From Yuukianura sp. NJ FZ-2021 (taxonomy: Eukaryota), in contig CM102286.1 of NCBI GenBank assembly GCA_046563655.1, positions 8,432,001 to 8,496,000 of the forward strand: DNA of 64,000 bases, written 5' to 3'. Each line of letters opens with the position of its first letter. Within the stretch, counting starts at the first letter, position 1. Position numbers and translations under genes: made by a program. A model generated the notes under the pieces. The model was not told where the DNA came from and ran no database searches. It saw only the letters and a list, made by a program, of their open reading frames with translations. This document shows positions 20,701 through 35,700 of this stretch, one piece after another.

Positions 20701-23700
20701 TCGGAGAAAAATTAAGCTTGGAACACTTCAGATGGGCTTTCACAAGCATAATTTCGGTTTGCAATTTTGACTCCTCAGATAGCCCAGAATGACTTTTTGG
20801 TGAGTTTTAAATGAAAAAAATGGATTTTTCGGAGAAAAATTGAGCTTGGAACACTTCAGATGGGCTTTCACAAGCATAATTTCGGTTTGCAATTTTGACT
20901 CCTCAGATAGCCCAGAATGACTTTTTGGTGAGTTTTAAATGAAAAAAATGGATTTTTCGGAGAAAAATTGAGCTTGGAACACTTCAGATGGGCTTTCACA
21001 AGCATAATTTCGGTTTGCAATTTTGACTCCTCAGATAGCCCAGAATGACCTTTTGAAGAGTATTTAATGAAAAAAATGATTTTTTGGAGAAAAATTGAGT
21101 CTGGAACACTTCAGATGGGCTTTCACAAGCATAATTTCGGTTTGCAATTTTGACTCCTCAGATAGCCCAGAATGACTTTTTGGTGAGTTTTAAATGAAAA
21201 AAATGGATTTTTCGGAGAAAAATTGAGCTTGGAACACTTCAGATGGGCTTTCACAAGCATAATTTCGGTTTGCAATTTTGACTCCTCAGATAGCCCAGAA
21301 TGACTTTTTGGTGAGTTTTAAATGAAAAAAATGGATTTTTCGGAAAAAATTTAAGCTTGGAACACTTCAGATGGGCTTTCACAAGCATAATTTCGGTTTG
21401 CAATTTTGACTCCTCAGATAGCCCAGAATGACTTTTTGGTGAGTTATAAATGAAAAAAATGGATTTTTCGGAGAAAAAGTGAGCTTGGAACACTTCAGAT
21501 GGGCTTTCACAAGCATAATTTCGGTTTGCAATTTTGACTCCTCAGATAGCCCAGAATGACTTTTTGGTGAGTTTTAAATGAAAAAAATGGATTTTTCGGA
21601 GAAAAATTGAGTTTGGAACACTTCAGATGGGCTTTCACAAGCATAATTTCGGTTTGCAATTTTGACTCCTCAGATAGCCCAGAATGACTTTTTGGTGAGT
21701 TATAAATGAAAAAGAATGGATTTTTCGGAGAAAAATTGAGCTTGGAACACTTCAGATGGGCTTTCACAAGCATAATTTCGGTTTGCAATTTTGACTCCTC
21801 AGATAGCCCAGAATGACTTTTTGGTGAGTTATAAATGAAAAAGAATGGATTTTTCGGAGAAAAATTGAGTTTGGAACACTTCAGATGGGCATAATTTCGG
21901 TTTGCAATTTTGACTCCTCAGATAGCCCAGAATGACCTTTTGGTGAGTTATAAATGAAAAAAAATGGATTTTTCGGAGAAAAATTGAGCTTGGAACACTT
22001 CAGATGGGCTTTCACAAGCATAATTTCGGTTTGCAATTTTGACTCCTCAGATAGCCCAGAATGACTTTTTGGTGAGTTTTAAATGAAAAAAAAATGGATT
22101 TTTCGGAGAAAATTGAGCTTGGAACACTTCAGATGGGCTTTCACAAGCATAATTTCGGTTTGCAATTTTGACTCCTCAGATAGCCCAGAATGACTTTTTG
22201 GTGAGTTTTAAATGAAAAAGAATGGATTTTTCGGAGAAAAATTGAGCTTGGAACACTTCAGATGGGCTTTCACAAGCATAATTTCGGTTTGCAATTTTGA
22301 CTCCTCAGATAGCCCAGAATGACTTTTTGGTGAGTTTTAAATGAAAAAAAATGGATTTTTCGGAGAAAAAGTGAGTTTGGAACACTTCAGATGGGCCTTC
22401 AGAAGCATAATTTCGGTTTGCAATTTTGACTCCTCAGATAGCCCAGAATGACCTTTTGAAGAGTATTTAATGAAAAAGAATGGATTTTTCGGAGAAAAAT
22501 TGAGCTTGGAACACTTCAGATGGGCTTTCACAAGCATAATTTCGGTTTGCAATTTTGACTCCTCAGATAGCCCAGAATGACTTTTTGGTGAGTTTTAAAT
22601 GAAAAAAAAATGGATTTTTCGGAGAAAAATTGAGTTTGGAACACTTCAGATGGGCATAATTTCGGTTTGCAATTTTGACTCCTCAGATAGCCCAGAATGA
22701 CCTTTTGAAGAGTATTTAATGAAAAAAATGGATTTTTCGGAGAAAAATTGAGCTTGGAACACTTCAGATGGGCTTTCACAAGCATAATTTCGGTTTGCAA
22801 TTTTGACTCCTCAGATAGCCCAGAATGACTTTTTGGTGAGTATTTAATGAAAAAAATGGATTTTTCGGAGAAAATTTGAGCTTGGAACACTTCAGATGGG
22901 CTTTCACAAGCATAATTTCGGTTTGCAATTTTGACTCCTCAGATAGCCCAGAATGACTTTTTGGTGAGTTTTAAATGAAAAAAATGGATTTTTCGGAGAA
23001 AAATTGAGCTTGGAACACTTCAGATGGGCTTTCACAAGCATAATTTCGGTTTGCAATTTTGACTCCTCAGATAGCCCAGAATGACTTTTTGGTGAGTTAT
23101 AAATGAAAAAAATGGATTTTTCGGAGAAAAATTTAGCTTGGAACACTTCAGATGGGCTTTCACAAGCATAATTTCGGTTTGCAATTTTGACTCCTCAGAT
23201 AGCCCAGAATGACTTTTTGGTGAGTTATAAATGAAAAAGAATGGATTTTTCGGAGAAAAATTTAGCTTGGAACACTTCAGATGGGCTTTCACAAGCATAA
23301 TTTCGGTTTGCAATTTTGACTCCTCAGATAGCCCAGAATGACTTTTTGGTGAGTTTTAAATGAAAAAAAAATGGATTTTTCGGAGAAAAATTGAGCTTGG
23401 AACACTTCAGATGGGCTTTCACAAGCATAATTTCGGTTTGCAATTTTGACTCCTCAGATAGCCCAGAATGACTTTTTGGTGAGTTTTAAATGAAAAAAAA
23501 ATGGATTTTTCCGAGAAAAATTTAGCTTGGAACACTTCAGATGGGCTTTCACAAGCATAATTTCGGTTTGCAATTTTGACTCCTCAGATAGCCCAGAATG
23601 ACTTTTTTGTGAGTTTTAAATGAAAAAAAATGGATTTTTCGGAGAAAATTGAGCTTGGAACACTTCAGATGGGCTTTCACAAGCATAATTTCGGTTTGCA

Positions 23701-26700
23701 ATTTTGACTCCTCAGATAGCCCAGAATGACTTTTTGGTGAGTTTTAAATGAAAAAAATGGATTTTTCGGAGAAAAATTGAGCTTGGAACACTTCAGATGG
23801 GCTTTCACAAGCATAATTTCGGTTTGCAATTTTGACTCCTCAGATAGCCCAGAATGACTTTTTGGCGAGTTTTAAATGAAAAAGAATGGATTTTTCGGAG
23901 AAAAATTGAGCTTGGAACACTTCAGATGGGCTTTCACAAGCATAATTTCGGTTTGCAATTTTGACTCCTCAGATAGCCCAGAATGACTTTTTGGTGAGTT
24001 TTAAATGAAAAAAATGGATTTTTCGGAGAAAAATTGAGTCTGGAACACTTCAGATGGGCTTTCACAAGCATAATTTCGGTTTGCAATTTTGACTCCTCAG
24101 ATAGCCCAGAATGACTTTTTGGTGAGTTTTAAATGAAAAAAATGGATTTTTCGGAGAAAATTTGAGCTTGGAACACTTCAGATGGGCTTTCACAAGCATA
24201 ATTTCGGTTTGCAATTTTGACTCCTCAGATAGCCCAGAATGACTTTTTGGTGAGTATTAAATGAAAAAAATGGATTTTTCGGAGAAAAATTTGAGCTTGG
24301 AACACTTCAGATGGGCTTTCACAAGCATAATTTCGGTTTGCAATTTTGACTCCTCAGATAGCCCAGAATGACTTTTTGGTGAGTTTTAAATGAAAAAGAA
24401 TGGATTTTTCGGAGAAAAATTGAGCTTGGAACACTTCAGATGGGCTTTCACAAGCATAATTTCGGTTTGCAATTTTGACTCCTCAGATAGCCCAGAATGA
24501 CCTTTTTGGTGAGTTTTAAATGAAAAAAAATGGATTTTTCGGAGAAAAATTGAGCTTGGAACACTTCAGATGGGCTTTCACAAGCATAATTTCGGTTTGC
24601 AATTTTGACTCCTCAGATAGCCCAGAATGACTTTTTGGTGAGTTATAAATGAAAAAAATGGATTTTTCGGAGAAAAATTGAGCTTGGAACACTTCAGATG
24701 GGCTTTCACAAGCATAATTTCGGTTTGCAATTTTGACTCCTCAGATAGCCCAGAATGACTTTTTGGTGAGTTATAAATGAAAAAGAATGGATTTTTCGGA
24801 GAAAAAGTTGAGCTTGGAACACTTCAGATGGGCTTTCACAAGCATAATTTCGGTTTGCAATTTTGACTCCTCAGATAGCCCAGAATGACTTTTTGGTGAT
24901 TTATAAATGAAAAAGAATGGATTTTTCGGAGAAAAATTGAGCTTGGAACACTTCAGATGGGCTTTCAGAAGCATAACTTCGGTTTGCAATTTTGACTCCT
25001 CAGATAGCCCAGAATGACTTTTTGGTGAGTTTTAAATGAAAAAAAAATGGATTTCACGGAGAAAATTTAGCTTGGAACACTTCAGATGGGCTTTCACAAG
25101 CATAATTTCGGTTTGCAATTTTGACTCCTCAGATAGCCCAGAATGACTTTTTGGTGAGTTTTAAATGAAAAAAAAAATGGATTTTTCGGAGAAAAATTGA
25201 GCTTGGAACACTTCAGATGGGCTTTCACAAGCATAATTTCGGTTTGCAATTTTGACTCCTCAGATAGCCCAGAATGACTTTTTGGTGAGTTATAAATGAA
25301 AAAGAATGGATTTTTCGGAGAAAAATTGAGCTTGGAACACTTCAGATGGGCTTTCACAAGCATAATTTCGGTTTGCAATTTTGACTCCTCAGATAGCCCA
25401 GAATGACTTTTTGGTGAGTTATAAATGAAAAAGAATGGATTTTTCGGAGAAAAAGTGAGTTTGGAACACTTCAGATGGGCTTTCACAAGCATAATTTCGG
25501 TTTGCAATTTTGACTCCTCAGATAGCCCAGAATGACCTTTTGAAGAGTATTTAATGAAAAAAATGGATTTTTTGGAGAAAAATTGAGTCTTGGAACACTT
25601 CAGATGGGCTTTCACAAGCATAATTTCGGTTTGCAATTTTGACTCCTCAGATAGCCCAGAATGACTTTTTGGTGAGTTTTAAATGAAAAAAATGGATTTT
25701 TCGGAGAAAAATTGAGCTTGGAACACTTCAGATGGGCTTTCACAAGCATAATTTCGGTTTGCAATTTTGACTCCTCAGATAGCCCAGAATGACTTTTTGG
25801 TGAGTTTTAAATGAAAAAAATGGATTTTTCGGAGAAAAATTGAGCTTGGAACACTTCAGATGGGCTTTCACAAGCATAATTTCGGTTTGCAATTTTGACT
25901 CCTCAGATAGCCCAGAATGACTTTTTGGTGAGTTTTAAATGAAAAAAAATGATTTTTTGGAGAAAAATTGAGCTTGGAACACTTCAGATGGGCTTTCACA
26001 AGCATAATTTCGGTTTGCAATTTTGACTCCTCAGATAGCCCAGAATGACTTTTTGGTGAGTTTTAAATGAAAAAAATGGATTTTTCGGAGAAAAATTGAG
26101 CTTGGAACACTTCAGATGGGCTTTCACAAGCATAATTTCGGTTTGCAATTTTGACTCCTCAGATAGCCCAGAATGACTTTTTGGTGAGTTTTAAATGAAA
26201 AAAATGGATTTTTCGGAGAAAATTTGAGCTTGGAACACTTCAGATGGGCTTTCACAAGCATAATTTCGGTTTGCAATTTTGACTCCTCAGATAGCCCAGA
26301 ATGACTTTTTGGTGAGTTATAAATGAAAAGGAATGGATTTTTCGGAGAAAAATTTAGCTTGGAACACTTCAGATTGGCTTTCACAAGCATAATTTCGGTT
26401 TGCAATTTTGACTCCTCAGATAGCCCAGAATGACCTTTTGAAGAGTATTTAATGAAAAAAATGATTTTTTGGTGAAAAATTGAGTCTGGAACACTTCAGA
26501 TGGGCTTTCACAAGCATAATTTCGGTTTGCAATTTTGACTCCTCAGATAGCCCAGAATGACTTTTTGGTGAGCTTTAAATGAAAAAAAAATGGATTTTTC
26601 GGAGAAAAATTGAGCTTGGAACACTTCAGATGGGCTTTCACAAGCATAATTTCGGTTTGCAATTTTGACTCCTCAGATAGCCCAGAATGACTTTTTGGTG

Positions 26701-29700
26701 AGTTATAAATGAAAAAGAATGGATTTTTCGGAGAAAAATTTAGCTTGGAACACTTCAGATGGGCTTTCACAAGCATAATTTCGGTTTGCAATTTTGACTC
26801 CTCAGATAGCCCAGAATGACTTTTTGGTGAGTTATAAATGAAAAAGAATGGATTTTTCGGAGAAAAATTGAGCTTGGAACACTTCAGATGGGCTTTCACA
26901 AGCATAATTTCGGTTTGCAATTTTGACTCCTCAGATAGCCCAGAATGACTTTTTGGTGAGTTTTAAATGAAAAAAATGGATTTTTCGGAGAAAAATTGAG
27001 CTTGGAACACTTCAGATGGGCTTTCACAAGCATAATTTCGGTTTGCAATTTTGACTCCTCAGATAGCCCAGAATGACCTTTTGAAGAGTATTTAATGAAA
27101 AAAATGATTTTTTGGTGAAAAATTGAGTCTGGAACACTTCAGATGGGCTTTCACAAGCATAATTTCGGTTTGCAATTTTGACTCCTCAGATAGCCCAGAA
27201 TGACTTTTTGGTGAGTTTTAAATGAAAAAAATGGATTTTTCGGAGAAAAATTGAGCTTGGAACACTTCAGATGGGCTTTCACAAGCATAATTTCGGTTTG
27301 CAATTTTGACTCCTCAGATAGCCCAGAATGACTTTTTGGTGAGTATTAAATGAAAAAAGATGGATTTTTCGGAGAAAAATTGAGCTTGGAACGCTTTAGA
27401 TGGGCTTTCACAAGCATAATTTCGGTTTGCAATTTTGACTCCTCAGATAGCCCAGAATGACTTTTTGGTGAGTTATAAATGAAAAAAAAATGGATTTTTC
27501 GGAGAAAAATTGAGCTTGGAACACTTCAGATGGGCTTTCACAAGCATAATTTCGGTTTGCAATTTTGACTCCTCAGATAGCCCAGAATGACTTTTTGGTG
27601 AGTTTTAAATGAAAAAGAATGGATTTTTCGGAGAAAAATTGAGCTTGGAACACTTCAGATGGGCTTTCACAAGCATAATTTCGGTTTGCAATTTTGACTC
27701 CTCAGATAGCCCAGAATGACTTTTTGGTGAGTTTTAAATGAAAAAAATGGATTTTTCGGAGAAAAATTGAGCTTGGAACACTTCAGATGGGCTTTCACAA
27801 GCATAATTTCGGTTTGCAATTTTGACTCCTCAGATAGCCCAGAATGACTTTTTGGTGAGTTGTAAATGAAAAAGAATGGATTTTTCGGAGAAAAATTGAG
27901 CTTGGAACACTTCAGATGGGCTTTCACAAGCATAATTTCGGTTTGCAATTTTGACTCCTCAGATAGCCCAGAATGACTTTTTGGTGAGTTTTAAATGAAA
28001 AAGAATGGATTTTTCGGAGAAAAATTGAGCTTGGAACACTTCAGATGGGCTTTCACAAGCATAATTTCGGTTTGCAATTTTGACTCCTCAGATAGCCCAG
28101 AATGACTTTTTGGTGAGTTTTAAATGAAAAAAATGGATTTCACGGAGAAAATTTAGCTTGGAACACTTCAGATGGGCTTTCACAACCATAATTTCGGTTT
28201 GCAATTTTGACTCCTCAGATAGCCCAGAATGACTTTTTGGTGAGTTTTAAATGAAAAGAATGGATTTTTTAGTGAAAAATTGAGTTTGGAACACTTCAGA
28301 TGGGCTTTCAGAAGCATAATTTCGGTTTGCAATTTTGACTCCTCAGATAGCCCAGAATGACTTTTTGGTGAGTTTTAAATGAAAAAGAATGGATTTTTTG
28401 GTGAAAAATTGAGTCTGGAACACTTCAGATGGGCTTTCACAAGCATAATTTCGGTTTGCAATTTTGACTCCTCAGATAGCCCAGAATGACTTTTTGGTGA
28501 GTTTTAAATGAAAAAAAATGGATTTTTCGGAGAAAAATTGAGCTTGGAACACTTCAGATGGGCTTTCACAAGCATAATTTCGGTTTGCAATTTTGACTCC
28601 TCAGATAGCCCAGAATGACTTTTTGGTGAGTTTTAAATGAAAAAAATGGATTTTTCGGAGAAAAATTGAGCTTGGAACACTTCAGATGGGCTTTCAGAAG
28701 CATAATTTCGGTTTGCAATTTTGACTCCTCAGATAGCCCAGAATGACCTTTTGAAGAGTATTTAATGAAAAAAATGATTTTTTGGTGAAAAATTGAGTCT
28801 GGAACACTTCAGATGGGCTTTCACAAGCATAATTTCGGTTTGCAATTTTGACTCCTCAGATAGCCCAGAATGACTTTTTGGTGAGTTTTAAATGAAAAAA
28901 AATGGATTTTTCGGAGAAATTTGAGCTTGGAACACTTCAGATGGGCTTTCACAAGCATAATTTCGGTTTGCAATTTTGACTCCTCAGATAGCCCAGAATG
29001 ACTTTTTGGTGAGTTTTAAATGAAAAAAAATGGATTTTTCGGAGAAAAATTGAGCTTGGAACACTTCAGATGGGCTTTCACAAGCATAATTTCGGTTTGC
29101 AATTTTGACTCCTCAGATAGCCCAGAATGACTTTTTGGTGAGTTATAAATGAAAAAAATGGATTTTTTGGTGAAAAATTGAGCTTGGAACACTTCAGATT
29201 GGCTTTCACAAGCATAATTTCGGTTTGCAATTTTGACTCCTCAGATAGCCCAGAATGACTTTTTGGTGAGTTATAAATGAAAAAGAATGGATTTTTCGGA
29301 GAAAAATTGAGCTTGGAACACTTCAGTAGGGCTTTCACAAGCATAATTTCGGTTTGCAATTTTGACTCCTCAGATAGCCCAGAATGACTTTTTGGTGAGT
29401 TTTAAATGAAAAACAATGGATTTTTCGGAGAAAAATTGAGCTTAGAACAGTTCAGATGGGCTTTCACAAGCATAATTTCGGTTTGCAATTTTGACTCGTC
29501 AGATAGCCCAGAATGACTTTTTGGTGAGTTTTAAATGAAAAAGAATGGATTTTTCGGAGAAAAATTGAGCTTGGAACACTTCAGATGGGCTTTCACAAGC
29601 ATAATTTCGGTTTGCAATTTTGACTCCTCAGATAGCCCAGAATGACTTTTTGGTGAGTTTTAAATGAAAAAAAAATGGATTTTTCGGAGAAAAATTGAGC

Positions 29701-32700
29701 TTGGAACACTTCAGATGGGCTTTCACAAGCATAATTTCGGTTTGCAATTTTGACTCCTCAGATAGCCCAGAATGACTTTTTGGTGAGTTATAAATGAAAA
29801 AGAATGGATTTTTCGGAGAAAAATTGAGTTTGGAACACTTCAGATGGGCTTTCAGAAGCATAATTTCGGTTTGCAATTTTGACTCCTCAGATAGCCCAGA
29901 ATGACTTTTTGAAGAGTATTTAATGAAAAAAAATGATTTTTTGGAGAAAAATTGAGTCTGGAACACTTCAGATGGGCTTTCACAAGCATAATTTCGGTTT
30001 GCAATTTTGACTCCTCAGATAGCCCAGAATGACTTTTTGGTGAGTTTTAAATGAAAAAAAAATGGATTTTTCGGAGAAAAATTGAGCTTGGAACACTTCA
30101 GATGGGCTTTCACAAGCATAATTTCGGTTTGCAATTTTGACTCCTCAGATAGCCCAGAATGACTTTTTGGTGAGTTTTAAATGAAAAAAATGGATTTTTC
30201 GGAGAAAAATTGAGCTTGGAACACTTCAGATGGGCTTTCACAAGCATTAATTTCGGTTTGCAATTTTGACTCCTCAGATAGCCCAGAATGACTTTTTGGT
30301 GAGTATTAAATGAAAAAAATGGATTTTTCGGAGAAAAATTGAGTTTGGAACACTTCAGATGGGCTTTCACAAGCATAATTTCGGTTTGCAATTTTGACTC
30401 CTCAGATAGCCCAGAATGACTTTTTGGTGAGTTTTAAATGAAAAAAATGGATTTTTCGGAGAAAAATTGAGCTTGGAACACTTCAGATGGGCTTTCACAA
30501 GCATAATTTCGGTTTGCAATTTTGACTCCTCAGATAGCCCAGAATGACTTTTTGGTGAGTTTTAAATGAAAAAAATGGATTTTTCGGAGAAAAATTGAGC
30601 TTGGAACACTTCAGATGGGCTTTCACAAGCATAATTTCGGTTTGCAATTTTGACTCCTCAGATAGCCCAGAATGACTTTTTGGTGAGTTATAAATGAAAA
30701 AAAATGGATTTTTCGGAGAAAAATTTAGCTTGGAACACTTCAGATGGGCTTTCACAAGCATAATTTCGGTTTGCAATTTTGACTCCTCAGATAGCCCAGA
30801 ATGACTTTTTGGTGAGTTTTAAATGAAAAAAATGGATTTTTCGGAGAAAAATTGAGCTTGGAACACTTCAGATGGGCTTTCACAAGCATAATTTCGGTTT
30901 GCAATTTTGACTCCTCAGATAGCCCAGAATGACTTTTTGGTGAGTTGTAAATGAAAAAGAATGGATTTTTCGGAGAAAAATTGAGCTTGGAACACTTCAG
31001 ATGGGCTTTCACAAGCATAATTTCGGTTTGCAATTTTGACTCCTCAGATAGCCCAGAATGACTTTTTGGTGAGTTATAAATGAAAAAGAATGGATTTTTC
31101 GGAGAAAAATTTAGCTTGGAACACTTCAGATGGGCTTTCACAAGCATAATTTCGGTTTGCAATTTTGACTCCTCAGATAGCCCAGAATGACTTTTTGGTG
31201 AGTTATAAATGAAAAAGAATGGATTTTTCGGAGAAAAATTGAGCTTGGAACACTTCAGATGGGCTTTCACAAGCATAATTTCGGTTTGCAATTTTGACTC
31301 CTCAGATAGCCCAGAATGACTTTTTGGTGAGTTTTAAATGAAAAAGAATGGATTTTTCAGAGAAAAATTTGAGCTTTGAACACTTCAGATGGGCTTCCAC
31401 AAGCATAATTTCGGTTTGCAATTTTGACTCCTCAGATAGCCCAGAATGACTTTTTGGTGAGTTTTAAATGAAAAACAATGGATTTTTCGGAGAAAAATTG
31501 AGCTTAGAACACTTCAGATGGGCTTTCACAAGCATAATTTCGGTTTGCAATTTTGACTCCTCAGATAGCCCAGAATGACCTTTTGAAGAGTATTTAATGA
31601 AAAAAATGATTTTTTGGTGAAAAATTGAGTCTGGAACACTTCAGATGGGCTTTCACAAGCATAATTTCGGTTTGCAATTTTGACTCCTCAGATAGCCCAG
31701 AATGACTTTTTGGTGAGTTTTAAATGAAAAAAAATGGATTTTTCGGAGAAAAATTGAGCTTGGAACACTTCAGATGGGCTTTCACAAGCATAATTTCGGT
31801 TTGCAATTTTGACTCCTCAGATAGCCCAGAATGACTTTTTGGTGAGTTTTAAATGAAAAAAAAATGGATTTTTCGGAGAAAAATTGAGCTTGGAACACTT
31901 CAGATGGGCTTTCACAAGCATAATTTCGGTTTGCAATTTTGACTCCTCAGATAGCCCAGAATGACTTTTTGAAGAGTATTTAATGAAAAAAATGGATTTT
32001 TCGGAGAAAAATTGAGCTTGGAACACTTCAGATGGGCTTTCACAAGCATAATTTCGGTTTGCAATTTTGACTCCTCAGATAGCCCAGAATGACTTTTTGG
32101 TGAGTTTTAAATGAAAAAAATGGATTTTTCGGAGAAAAATTGAGCTTGGAACACTTCAGATGGGCTTTCACAAGCATAATTTCGGTTTGCAATTTTGACT
32201 CCTCAGATAGCCCAGAATGACTTTTTGGTGAGTTTTAAATGAAAAAAATGGATTTTTCGGAAAAAATTTAAGCTTGGAACACTTCAGATGGGCTTTCACA
32301 AGCATAATTTCGGTTTGCAATTTTGACTCCTCAGATAGCCCAGAATGACTTTTTGGTGAGTTATAAATGAAAAAAATGGATTTTTCGGAGAAAAATTTAG
32401 CTTGGAACACTTCAGATGGGCTTTCACAAGCATAATTTCGGTTGCAATTTTGACTCCTCAGATAGCCCAGAATGACTTTTTGGTGAGTTTTAAATGAAAA
32501 AAATGGATTTTTCGGAGAAAAATTGAGTTTGGAACACTTCAGATGGGCTTTCACAAGCATAATTTAGGTTTGCAATTTTGACTCCTCAGATAACCCAGAA
32601 TGACTTTATGGTGAGTTATTAAATGAAAAAAATGGATTTTACGGAGAAAAATTGAGCTTGGAACACTTCAGATGGGCTTTCACAAGCATAATTTCGGTTT

Positions 32701-35700
32701 GCAATTTTGACTCCTCAGATAGCCCAGAATGACTTTTTGGTGAGTTATAAATGAAAAAGAATGGATTTTTCGGAGAAAAATTGAGCTTGGAACACTTCAG
32801 ATGGGCTTTCACAAGCATAATTTCGGTTTGCAATTTTGACTCCTCAGATAGCCCAGAATGACTTTTTGGTGAGTTATAAATGAAAAAGAATGGATTTTTC
32901 GGAGAAAAATTGAGCTTGGAACACTTCAGATGGGCTTTCACAAGCATAATTTCGGTTTGCAATTTTGACTCCTCAGATAGCCCAGAATGACTTTTTGGTG
33001 AGTTTTAAATGAAAAAAATGGATTTTTCGGAGAAAAATTTAGCTTGGAACACTTCAGATGGGCTTTCACAAGCATAATTTCGGTTTGCAATTTTGACTCC
33101 TCAGATAGCCCAGAATGACTTTTTGGTGAGTTTTAAATGAAAAAAATGGATTTTTCGGAAAAAATTTAAGCTTGGAACATTTCAGATGGGCTTTCAGAAG
33201 CATAATTTCGGTTTGCAATTTTGACTCCTCAGATAGCCCAGAATGACTTTTTGGTGAGTATTTAATGAAAAAGAATGGATTTTTTGGAGAAAAATTTGAG
33301 CTTGGAACACTTCAGATGGGCTTTCACAAGCATAATTTCGGTTTGCAATTTTGACTCCTCAGATAGCCCAGAATGACTTTTTGGTGAGTTTTAAATGAAA
33401 AAAATGGATTTTTCGGAGAAAAATTGAGCTTGGAACACTTCAGATGGGCTTTCACAAGCATAATTTCGGTTTGCAATTTTGACTCCTCAGATAGCCCAGA
33501 ATGACTTTTTGGTGAGTTTTAAATGAAAAAAATGGATTTTTCGGAGAAAAAAGCTTGGAACACTTCAGATGGGCTTTCACAAGCATAATTTCGGTTTGCA
33601 ATTTTGACTCCTCAGATAGCCCAGAATGACCTTTTGAAGAGTATTTAATGAAAAAAATGGATTTTTCGGAGAAAAATTGAGCTTGGAACACTTCAGATGG
33701 GCTTTCACAAGCATAATTTCGGTTTGCAATTTTGACTCCTCAGATAGCCCAGAATGACTTTTTGGTGAGTTTTAAATGAAAAAAATGGATTTTTCGGAGA
33801 AAAATTGAGCTTGGAACACTTCAGATGGGCTTTCACAAGCATAATTTCGGTTTGCAATTTTGACTCCTCAGATAGCCCAGAATGACTTTTTGGTGAGTTT
33901 TAAATGAAAAAAATGGATTTTTCGGAGAAAAATTGAGCTTGGAACACTTCAGATGGGCTTTCACAAGCATAATTTCGGTTTGCAATTTTGACTCCTCAGA
34001 TAGCCCAGAATGACTTTTTGGTGAGTTTTAAATGAAAAAAATGGATTTTTCGGAGAAAAATTTAGCTTGGAACACTTCAGATGGGCTTTCACAAGCATAA
34101 TTTCGGTTTGCAATTTTGACTCCTCAGATAGCCCAGAATGACTTTTTGGTGAGTTATAAATGAAAAAAATGGATTTTTCGGAGAAAAATTTAGCTTGGAA
34201 CACTTCAGATGGGCTTTCACAAGCATAATTTCGGTTTGCAATTTTGACTCCTCAGATAGCCCAGAATGACTTTTTGGTGAGTTTTAAATGAAAAAAATGG
34301 ATTTTTCGGAGAAAAATTGAGCTTGGAACACTTCAGATGGGCTTTCACAAGCATAATTTCGGTTTGCAATTTTGACTCCTCAGATAGCCCAGAATGACTT
34401 TTTGGTGAGTTTTAAATGAAAAAAAATGGATTTTTCGGAGAAAAATTGAGCTTGGAACACTTCAGATGGGCTTTCACAAGCATAATTTCGGTTTGCAATT
34501 TTGACTCCTCAGATAGCCCAGAATGACTTTTTGGTGAGTTTTAAATGAAAAAAATGGATTTTTCGGAGAAAAATTGAGCTTGGAACACTTCAGATGGGCT
34601 TTCACAAGCATAATTTCGGTTTGCAATTTTGACTCCTCAGATAGCCCAGAATGACTTTTTGGTGAGTTTTAAATGAAAAAAATGGATTTTTCGGAGAAAA
34701 ATTGAGCTTGGAACACTTCAGATGGGCTTTCACAAGCATAATTTCGGTTTGCAATTTTGACTCCTCAGATAGCCCAGAATGACTTTTTGGTGAGTTTTAA
34801 ATGAAAAAAATGGATTTTTCGGAGAAAAATTTAGCTTGGAACACTTCAGATGGGCTTTCACAAGCATAATTTCGGTTTGCAATTTTGACTCCTCAGATAG
34901 CCCAGAATGACTTTTTGGTGAGTTATAAATGAAAAAAATGGATTTTTCGGAGAAAAATTTAGCTTGGAACACTTCAGATGGGCTTTCACAAGCATAATTT
35001 CGGTTTGCAATTTTGACTCCTCAGATAGCCCAGAATGACTTTTTGGTGAGTTTTAAATGAAAAAAATGGATTTTTCGAAGAAAAATTGAGCTTGGAACAC
35101 TTCAGATGGGCTTTCAGAAGCATAACTTCGGTTTGCAATTTTGACTCCTCAGATAGCCCAGAATGACTTTTTGGTGAGTTTTAAATGAAAAAAAATGGAT
35201 TTTTCGGAGAAAAATTGAGCTTGGAACACTTCAGATGGGCTTTCACAAGCATAATTTCGGTTTGCAATTTTGACTCCTCAGATAGCCCAGAATGACTTTT
35301 TGGTGAGTTTTAAATGAAAAAAAAATGGATTTTTCGGAGAAAAATTGAGCTTGGAACACTTCAGATGGGCTTTCACAAGCATAATTTCGGTTTGCAATTT
35401 TGACTCCTCAGATAGCCCAGAATGACATTTTGAAGAGTATTTAATGAAAAAAAAATATTTTTTGGTGAAAAATTGAGCTTGGAACACTTCAGATGGGCTT
35501 TCACAAGCATAATTTCGGTTTGCAATTTTGACTCCTCAGATAGCCCAGAATGACTTTTTGGTGAGTTTTAAATGAAAAAGAATGGATTTTTCGGAGAAAA
35601 ATTGAGCTTGGAACACTTCAGATGGGCTTTCACAAGCATAATTTCGGTTTGCAATTTTGACTCCTCAGATAGCCCAGAATGACTTTTTGGTGAGTTTTAA